From positions 133,672,001-133,736,000 of the forward strand of contig NC_042999.1 in the NCBI RefSeq assembly GCF_006345805.1: DNA of 64,000 nt. The letters are read 5' to 3'. This stretch comes from Octopus sinensis (lineage: Eukaryota). Made by a program: the position numbers and the translations under genes. Under the pieces are notes generated by a model. The model ran no database searches. It was not told where the DNA came from and was given only the letters and a program-made list of their open reading frames with translations. Below are positions 54,448-64,000 of the stretch, in pieces; position 1 is the first letter of the stretch; the number at the start of each line of letters is the position of its first letter.

Positions 54448-54525
54448 ATCTTCTTATACATTTTTAGTGCGGTCCCAACCTCTCACTATCTATCTATCTA
54501 TCTATCTACACACACACACGTATAT

Positions 54526-54640
<115 letters not shown>

Positions 54641-54846
54641 GGTTACGAGCGGTCATAGTGTCAAGAAGACCCAAACGTATCAGGTAATGCTGAGTAAGTG
54701 CTATAGACAGGCTATTGTTAAGCTCCAGGTTCGGTGATTATGCGAATGGGGAGTCCAACGCAGGTCATATATTAGCGTGCATATGCATAAAAAAATTAAT
54801 ACAATGCGATAAAAATCGACAGTCTTGGATTTTTTATCTCATTCTG

Positions 54847-54877
<31 letters not shown>

Positions 54878-55523
54878 CTGACTTGGAAATGGATGCCTGG
54901 CGTTCAATCCTTACCGCGTATGGTTTAGCAGTCCTCACTGTTTGTTTTCAGTTTTGTCTTCAGTGTCCTGTTTTTGTTACCAACTTTGACCCTCCGTAAA
55001 TCCCAAATTTTATTTTGGTCCACGGGAGCGACTGTTTTCTGGAAGGTACATCTTGTTGTGAATTGCTCCAAAATGTCGAGTAGGCAAACAGCCGACAACT
55101 GATGAAGGGTCGTTCTTTATGTCACTTGTCTTGTTTTCCATTTGTTTCTTTCGTTGTTCGCATACAAAAGTTTGTCTTTGTATTCCAGGTTTTCGTATTT
55201 CGTAAAAGCACCCAGTACGCTCTGTAAAGTGGTTGGCGTTAGGGAGGATATCCAACCGTAGTATCCATGCCCAACAGACATGGAACCCGAGCAGCTCTGC
55301 AGCTGGCCAAATCATGTGAAACCGTCCAACGTATGCCAGTATAGAAAACGGACATTAAATGATATATATATATATAAGGATAAAAATCACGTTAATGATT
55401 TTTTATTAAGTAATCAGCATGCTATAAAAATTTATAGGCAATTAATACGTTTAATTAATAATAATGTACATATGTATATAATTGTATCACGGAAGTTTTG
55501 GTAGTTTTTAAATACGCTCACAT

Positions 55524-55564
<41 letters not shown>

Positions 55565-57538
55565 GGTACGTAATATATGCATACATACAGGCATACATAC
55601 ATACCTACATACATACACACACATACATACATATATGCATATATACATACATACATACATACATACACACACATACATACATACATACATACATACATAC
55701 ATACATACATACATACATACATACATACATACATAAACTCCTAAGCGTTATACTAATACATCTGTTTGTCTTCTACACCACCTGTCTTCGTCTTTTGTTT
55801 TCTTCGTGAATTCTCCCCATACATACATATGGACATGCATGAAGACAATGAAACAGGTAAAAAAGTAAATAGGCAGCACGATAAAAGTTATCAAAAATAA
55901 ACATTGAATGGAGTGAAATGATTTAAAAGAAAGAAGACGAGTTTAAAAGTGTTCTAAAACATAATTCAGGGAGAAAATCACAAGAAATAAGGGAAGAAAA
56001 AGAAATAATAAGAAACCGGATAAAAAGGTAGAAGAAATGACAGTGCAAAGACAAATATAATGAAAGATATAGATAAATCAAAGTGAGTGAGAAATAATGT
56101 TTAAAAAAGGAACAGTGTGAGAATGTCCCTGTTAGCCAGAGGGTGTGGATAATTTCATAGAGAGAGGGAGGGAGAGAGAGAGAGAGAGCATTGAGAGAGT
56201 GTTAGAGAAAGGGAGGATGATAAAATGATAGTGGGAAGAAGAAGAGAGAGAAGGACGATACAATGAGACAAATAAGAGTTATTGTTTAGGCTATTACAGA
56301 AATCACCTAGCACGAAGCAGCCATGACACCGGAAGTGTGTTTATCATGTTTAATAAAGACAGTAACACTGAAATTATCGCAATTTTGTCAGACAATCTAA
56401 TCTTTATTAGCATCACTGCTGCCTGATCTTAAAAGGTGTCGGAGATGATGAGATAAAGTGAGGATGAGAAAACTGACAAAGCTGATGTGGATAGGGATGA
56501 CTGAGACAAAATAACGAAATGAGTGATAAAAAGAAAGAATGTAATAAAGAAACGTACAGTCACTGATGTCATTAGAGTGAGTTGCAGCAAGTAAGAAATG
56601 TAATGCCATAGTATTCATGCGTTTCCCCTAGTCTTTGTAAATATAAAAGCCAACGTAAAAATAGACTATTCATGTGAAGGAGATGGAAAATTATGACTGG
56701 GAACCAGACGAATGAAATGAAGAGAGTTATGCAACAAGAAGGACGAAAACAAAAAGAGGGGAACGTCACGGATGGCATTTACTTCCTTACGGAATAAATA
56801 CAAGGTGAAATTTTAAAAGACAAGCATGGTGAGATAACTCCTATGACGTGAACAGTAGAATATCTGGGATACATCTTATGAGAAGGCAAAAATCTAAGCC
56901 TTTTGTACTTTTCTATAGGTCACTTGCAAATAATTATTTTCATAGAAGTGTATAACCTCGACAGCCTTTGAAATATCAAACGAAGAAAGCTACTTGAAAC
57001 ACATTATGCTGCAGTTGTTTACCCTCGAGTAAGTCCTAATTCAAAACTACCTGTGGTCACAGGCATTCGAGCCTATGGTCATAAGTAGTGTTGGATTGAA
57101 TATAGTGTAATCTTAAATTACATTGTCAAACGTGCCCACTCTTTGTTAAGAAACCTGTTTGATTGAAGATGGTGGTGTTGTTGTTATGGATGTTGACGAT
57201 GCTTGCGCGGTTTATGCTGCAGATGTTTCTGATCCTACATTCTTATTATCACGGACATATTAGCTTGATTATCTCTTGAATATCCACTATACTATATCAC
57301 TGTCGTTGTTATTGTTGTTCTTGATGTAGTTGTTTCTTTTCCTTTCGTTGATGAGCGTGTTGGTGTTCTTGGTGCTGTTGGTGGTGGTAGTAGTAGTGAT
57401 AGCTGTGGTGGTGATCGTATTGATCGCGACTACGATTGTGTAGCTGTAGTTAACTGAGATCTAACTGACATTAAGATCAAATGTGTATTTAAGACTACAT
57501 TAACCAAAATGACTTACAGTTTCAGAAATAGTCTACAG

Positions 57539-57800
57539 CAGTGCTTCTCAAACTATCTGATGTGGTGTACCGGCAGTTTTTTTCCCCAATGTGCCAGGGA
57601 CCAGTAATATTTCTTAGTAAATAAAAATTGACATTGCTTTTTTATCTTATATTTATTTTGTTAACAAATAATACAATATTACATAAGCATTTTATAAGCA
57701 TTTTATAATGTTTCTTTCTTTCCTGGAAACTCGCTGGTACCGGTAGCTGATGGCTCGCGGACCGGTGCCGGTCCGCACACCAACACTTTAAGTAGCACTG
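57539..57800 (+). mobile_element. hAT (Buster/Charlie-type) MITE
   Basis: TIRs cagtgcttctcaaa and tttaagtagcactg. 8-bp TSD gtctacag / gtctagag with central TA. Confidence 0.9.
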
Positions 57801-58424
57801 GTCTAGAGTGACCGAAAATATCTATTTGTGTTATACCCATCGATCAAACAGATCGACCGTAAAGAACATCGCGCGTAAACTCCTAGATATTTGATACTTA
57901 CGCGATATTAGCAGGTAATAAATTTAATTTGTGACACTAGTAACAAATCTAATCTTTTGAATATTTGAACTATGTATTGACAATGCACATTATATACATT
58001 AGAAGTCTGAACAAACGAGAATTATTATTGGATCGAAAGTTTCAGGATTAGGAAACGTAAATAAAGATGTAATAATTAATGATCATAAATTTGCGAAATG
58101 CATAAACTGAAAAAAGCTCGAGGTTTATCGAAATAGTACAGTTCTATATTTGAGAGATGAGGAATTATGTACGTTATTTACATTATTTATATTTGAGAGA
58201 TATTTGTCCTCATCATTTGTTAACAACAAACAAGATGAGGACAAATATCCGTCAAATGTAAATAATGTAAAAAAGTTTATTGAACTATTAATCCATACAG
58301 CGACGTACACATAAACAAATACACACAAACGAGCATACGTATTTATAAATGTGAGTATATCATTATGTGTGTGTGTGTGCGCGCGCACACACACTTACAC
58401 ATACATACATGCTACCACACATTC

Positions 58425-58812
58425 TTTTATTTCTTTCAGTCATTTGACTCCGGCCATGCTGGAACAACGCCTTTAGTTGAGCAAATCGACCCAAGGACTT
58501 ATTCTTTGTAGGTCTTAGTACTCATTCTATCAGTCTCTTTTGCCGAATCGCTATTTTACTGGGACGTTAACACACCAACATCGGTTGTCAAGCGATGGTG
58601 AGGGACAAACACAGACACACACATACATGCATATATATATATATATACGACGGGCTTCTTTCGGTTTCCGTCTACCAAATCCACTCACAAGGTTTTGGTC
58701 GGCCTGAGGCTATAATACAAGACACTTGCCTACAGTGCCACAGAGTGGAACTGAACCCAGAACCATGTGGTTGGGAAGCAAGCTCCTTGCCATACAACCA
58801 CTCCTGCGCGTG
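58425..58812 (-). mobile_element. SINE family B, full length
   Basis: Full family-B sequence. Confidence 0.9.
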
Positions 58813-60233
58813 TATATAAAGATATATATATATATACATATATACATACACACACACACACACACATGTACAGACATGGTTAACATCATTAATTAAATAA
58901 ATATATAAACTTCATGGGTATCTATAAACTATTGCATTTATGTATAAACGAACTCACGCACGTGATGGATCTAAGTAGAACACATTTTGCCTGTATATAT
59001 ATATTTACATGACTTTATGCGTGTGCTTGCGCGTGGGTGTATACGTATGTATATGTATTTAGAGGGAGTGAAAGAGAGGATGATGGAAAGAAGAAAATTG
59101 AAAGAGGATATATACTTATATAAAAATACATAAAAGGCCAATCGTTGTTATTACTTGACTCATTCATCATCGTAATGAAAGGCTTCATATTATCTAAGAA
59201 ACTACAGGATGTTATTAAAAGATCATCCTTGCTTTATATAGTAAAGAGCAGCCGCTTGTCTTTATATCATTCTCTCACATCTCTCTCAACTCGCCCAATC
59301 GAATAGGTCATTGACATTCATAGCCAGGCAATGTTATAACTCATATATCAGCAAATAATGTCCTTTATTTCTATTCTACCTAATTCTTCATTTAAATCCA
59401 AAATTAGGCAGCTACGCCAAGACAGTTCCATGGTTTGGACTGTACACATACTTCCTTTGCTGCGTACCGTCTTATTTTTCTCGCCCTTTCTCTCTTTCAC
59501 TTCATACATACATACATACATACATACATACATACATACATACATACATACATACATGTATACATACATACATTTGTATAAATCTATCTGCATGTCTTTC
59601 AGTCTGCCTGACTGTGTCTCGATATTTAAATGCACCGTGTGTATGTGTGTGTGTGTGTGTGTGTGCGTGTGTGTGTGTGCGTGTGTGCGTGTGCTATGTA
59701 TCATCCTATCTATTAACTACCTGCCCATATATGCGCTTATTTTTCTGCGCGAGCTCATGTGTGTATGACTGCGCGCGTGCATATGTATACGTTCATTTAC
59801 TTTAAACTCTCCCTTGTATGGTTTTCTGTTCAACAATGTTCTGATGTCTTTAATTCAGGAAATCCGAGTGCTTGATTCCATTCCTAAGTATTTCCGGTTC
59901 CTTAATCTTGCTTTTATTTGAACGCTATATAATTATCAGATAGAAGCTGCAGTTGCTGAGGGAACCAATTATCCATAGCTTCTTTTACACTGATGTAGGG
60001 CAAGGTGTTCACAGCTAAGACATATATTTCATCTTCTCATTCATCTAGCTTTGCAACAAATTCTATAAACTAACTATTCTATGCAGAGTTTACTTTGTCC
60101 TCTATACCAGTGCTACTCAAACTGATGGTTCACGGACTGGTACCGGTCCGCGAGCCATTAGCTGCCGGTACCGGCGAGTTTCTAGAAAAGAAAGAAACAT
60201 TATAAAATGCTTATGTAATATTTTGTTATCTGA

Positions 60234-60430
60234 AGGTGGCGAGCTGGCAGAAACGTTAGCACGCCGGGCGAAATGCTTAGCGGCATTTCGTCTGTCTTTA
60301 CGTTCTGAGTTCAAATTCTGCCGAGGTTGACTTTACCTTTCATCCTTTCAGGGTCGATAATTAGGTTGACCTAATCGACTGGCCCTCTCCCCCAAAATTT
60401 CGGGCCCCGTGCCTACAGTAGAAAAGAATA
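60234..60430 (+). mobile_element. SINE family A nested in the hAT MITE
   Basis: ggtggcgagctggcagaaacgttagcacgccgggcgaaatgc...gtagaaaagaata. Confidence 0.9.
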
Positions 60431-60629
60431 CTGATGTTGACAGCTACTTAAAGTGCGCATTATCAGGATCACACGTTTTGCTCCGGTCGTAAACCCACCT
60501 CTCCTTTCATGATTAACTTATAAACAAAAAGATTTGCTTATAAAATAAATATAAAATATAAAATAAATAAACAAAAAAATTGTTTATAAAATAAATATAA
60601 AATAAAAAAGCTATCAACTTTTATTATAT

Positions 60630-61024
60630 TCATTACTAGCAGTATCGCCCGGCGTTGCTCGGGTTTGTAAGGGAAATAACTATATAAGCATTTTTATTGA
60701 TGTAAATTATAATAGCCATCTCAATATGGCTAACCACAAAGGGGGGTGTTACTGTAGCTTTTTACGTACTGAGATTTAATAATACATTTTTAGAGAGTTA
60801 CTTCCCTTATATAAACCGAGCGAAAATGCATTAAAAATACGGAAAATTTATGGTAAATTTTATTTAAAATCGTAGACTCATCGTAGACGCGCGCTAATAC
60901 CCAGAAGGGATCGATATGAATCACGATACCCGGTTTTGGTTAAACTGCACCGCAAAATGTGGGAGTAGTTAGGAATCTAAATCGTCGGAGACAGACACAC
61001 AACTTGACTTTTATATATAAAGAT
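60630..61024 (+). mobile_element. Helentron-associated element (HINE/DINE-1-like) nested in the hAT MITE
   Basis: Starts tactag..cccggcgttgctcggg (hairpin) and ends agacagacacacaacttgacttttatatataaagat. Confidence 0.65.
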
Positions 61025-61319
61025 ATATATTGTTTCCAGTATAAATTAATATTACTAAGAAATATTATCGGTCCCGGCACATTGGAAAAACCACTGCCAG
61101 TACGTCATATCAGATAGTTTGAGAAGCATTGCTCTATACGTTATTACATCCGCCAGTTTGTACAATTACAGTTTTAAAAGTCATACCCTATATTGCATTG
61201 TGCTAGAGTTCAAATCTCCTTGGAATCACACCATTATTTAAAATAAAGAACAAAGAACTACATACACAGGCTGAAAAATGTTATAAACATAGAATGCTAT
61301 GGTCATGGAATATCTTTGA

Positions 61320-61738
61320 CCAAGCGCAGGCGTGTTTGTCAGATAAGAAGCTTGCTTCCCAACCACATGATCCGAGTTCAGTCCCACTGCAACTTGAGTT
61401 AGTGTCTTGTACTGTAAACCTCGGGCCGACCAAAACATTGTGGGTCGATTTGGTAGACGGAAACTGAAAGAAGCCTGTCGTATATATGTGTGTGTGTGTG
61501 CGTGTGTGCATGCGCGCGTGTACCTCTGTGCCTGTACTTGCTCCAACCCCCCTCCACACCGCTTGAGAACACGTGTCGGTGCATTTACGTCCCCGTAACT
61601 TAGCAGTTCAGCAAAAGTAACCGTTAGAATAAGTACCAAGCTCTAAAAAAATGTACAGGTGTCGATTCATTCGACTAAGTTTCTCCAAGGCCGTGCTCCT
61701 GCATGGCCGCAGTCTAATGACTGAAGCAAGTAAAAGAA
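61320..61738 (+). mobile_element. SINE family B, full length
   Basis: Head gcaggcgtg..agaagcttgcttcccaaccacatg..gttcagtccc, with full body and tail. Confidence 0.9.
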
Positions 61739-62759
61739 GGATATGTCTAGCCAGCGAAGTGCACCTGGGGGTAAACATCACCGTGAACCATAATCAACAA
61801 AGCATAGTGAGAAATAATTAAGTAACAATGGATTTTCAGATGAAAAAATTGATACAAGAATGTTGGGAACTGCATACAATTAAAGACACGAAATTAGGCA
61901 CACAAACAAGACACTGTCTTCGTAAAATTATATAACTATAAGTTAAATTTTATGTCATGGACTAATTAAATGTATTCTATCTTTTTGCTTATAAGTTAGT
62001 CATGAAAGGAGAGGTAGGTTTACGACCGGAGCAAAACGTGTGATCCTGATAATAATGCGCAACTTGAGTAGCTGTCAACATCAGCAAGAGAAAGAATAAA
62101 AATAAATGAAAAATTTTTTTAAAAAGTAGCAAAAAAGGAAAACGTGATCGCAAGAAGAAACCGAAGGTCTGTTCGGCACGTTTACCGTTTACCATGTTTG
62201 CTGTTAACCAAGAGGAACCAGGGACCAGAAGTTGGTGTTCGGCCTACCATCGAAAGGAAAGTTGCCTAAAGATCAGTTCATGATGGTCACCCAAGTGACA
62301 TATTCAAACGAGCGTTGTCCTCTACGCACGTCATATCATCGTATCTCAGGTTCTTTGAAATGTAGGACTCTTTCATCAAAACATCTGCTACTCTATGAAG
62401 TTGCTAACCAACAGAATACACTCTGACCTATTTGTGATTTATTGGTGCTTTATGAGATTTAGAAAACTCTTTGTTACATATTAGGTTTGTCATAAAAGCA
62501 AATAAATAAATAACCGACAGCTAATCACGAAGATTATATATTATCACTATACATAATTCAACCCACAAAAACAACACATGGTAGATACTTTAAAACGCCG
62601 CTATTTATTCTGTTTTATCAATCACCATAATGTTTTGTACAATGCAGATAAGAATCAACACTGAAATAACATACAAATAGCGTGAACAAAAGTTTGTCAT
62701 TTTAAAGATGGCCACTGTGATGATAAGGTCATATGACATCGACCAGCTGATAATATGTA

Positions 62760-63311
62760 CAATAACACCTCGATATACGAGTTACTTTGTTCACGGAGAT
62801 CGCTGGTAAAGGAAAACTCGTAAATCAGAGCAATAATTTACCATAATAGTCATGTTATAGATCGTAATTCGTTTCTAGAAAAATATTTTACCAATAAAAT
62901 TTATAAATAAATGGCAATAAAACAACAGTAGAATGTAAAGAATAACTTTATGCAAAGTAACAAGAATGTCAAGATCATTTATAATGAAAATTATTATTAT
63001 TATAATCGCTTTCTGAATCACTTTCACTCGCACCAGACCCGCGCACGCCATCGTTTGTAGACTTGATCACCGATTCCCTGGCACTGGTAGATGGACTCGC
63101 TGGTTTCTTTGTAAAAAACAAATCTGGAGTTGTTTGCTTAGAAGCTTTTTTTTTTTTTCGCTCGATAAATTTCTCGGTAACACGCAGAAGCATTTGTTAT
63201 GGTAGTAGAAACATTTGCACTTCGTTCAAAATTTGGATTTTTGTGCTTGAAAAATAAAACTCGTAAATCCGGGGTCTCGTAAGCGGGTCCTCGTAAAGAG
63301 AGGTGTTACTG
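62760..63311 (-). mobile_element. Tigger/pogo non-autonomous derivative
   Basis: TA-caataacacctcgatatacgag...ctcgtaaagagaggtgttactg-TA. Residual KKKKASKQTTPDLFFTK matches the Tigger C-terminal KQT+LD.FF motif. Confidence 0.85.
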
Positions 63312-64000
63312 TATATATTCGGTAGAAGAACAAAGTAAATTTATAAGAAATATGAACAACAAAATATCATCAATTCCAGAACAAAATTAATGTTTCTAAT
63401 AAGATATATCTCAAGAGTGTTTGCGTGTGTTTATTGATGTATCTTATTTGTGTGGGTGTCTGTAGTGTATGTGTGTGTGTGTGTGTGTGTGTGCGTTTGC
63501 ATATTTCATGTAGTATGTGTCTTCCATGTATCCATATATGTCTATCTTACTTGCATCTGTGTGCGTACTTGTGTGAGTACGCGCGCGCGTATGTGTGTGT
63601 GTGCGTGCCTGGTTGTATACTCAAAAATTTCGCATTATATAGAAATTCGAAATAAACGTCAAGTGTAAAGAAACCAAAGTGTTCCTTTTTCTTTGCCTCT
63701 TCCCCCCATCTCTCTCTCCCTTTTCCGTTCTATTTCCATCTCACAATGTTTCTCTTTCTCACTCCCTTTATCACACTCACACTTAACCTAAATCTCTCTC
63801 CCTTGCCCTCTCCTTCCATACACATATACATACATACAATCATATTTATATACACAAATATATTATACATATATATATATATATATATATAATATATATA
63901 TATATATATGTGTGTGTATGTGTGTGCATGTGTGTGTATATGTGTGTGTATGTGTGTATGTATATCTTCCATTCTCTCTCCCACGTCTTCACATTCTCTA

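Larger units (their letters stand above)
60108..61131 (-). mobile_element. hAT MITE (same family as 57539-57800, opposite orientation) with nested insertions
   Basis: TIRs cagtgctactcaaa and tttgagaagcattg. Perfect 8-bp TSD ctctatac at 60100-60107 and 61132-61139. Confidence 0.9.

Noticed and set aside
59830-60045. Possible very old PLE RT fragment on the minus strand
   Set aside because: Similarity is suggestive (..KEAMDNW..LSDNYIAF..GT) but broken by several stops; needs a profile search.

Overview
Eukaryotic, AT-rich, microsatellite-saturated DNA. I found no host-gene exon I can support, and most ORFs in the six-frame track are translations of (AT)n, (AC)n, (TACA)n, (GATA)n, (TAA)n or (CAT)n tracts. 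The repeat families look like those of an octopod cephalopod; this is my recognition, not a database result. The window is a transposon graveyard: tRNA-derived SINEs of at least four families, mariner and Tigger/pogo derivatives, a Buster-type hAT transposase and two related MITEs, a Merlin (IS1595-like) transposase remnant, Helentron-type elements, RTE-like and RLE (Dong/R4-like) LINE fragments, and many Penelope-like element (PLE) pieces. The best-preserved coding element is a 5'-truncated PLE (RT plus GIY-YIG, 29645-31809) with inverted pseudo-LTRs. The main discovery is 11 minimal type-I hammerhead-ribozyme motifs from about 7 element families, mostly next to microsatellites. Their cores include all three swaps of the tertiary 3:8 pair (C3:G8, U3:A8, G3:C8) plus A9C, A6U and U4C variants, and several sit in large fold-back palindromes. 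Other notable points: repeated insertion of one SINE at the same nucleotide of related SINE copies, two tandem TAA-embedded Dong-like LINE ends, and nested insertions. Boundaries of decayed repeats are approximate.
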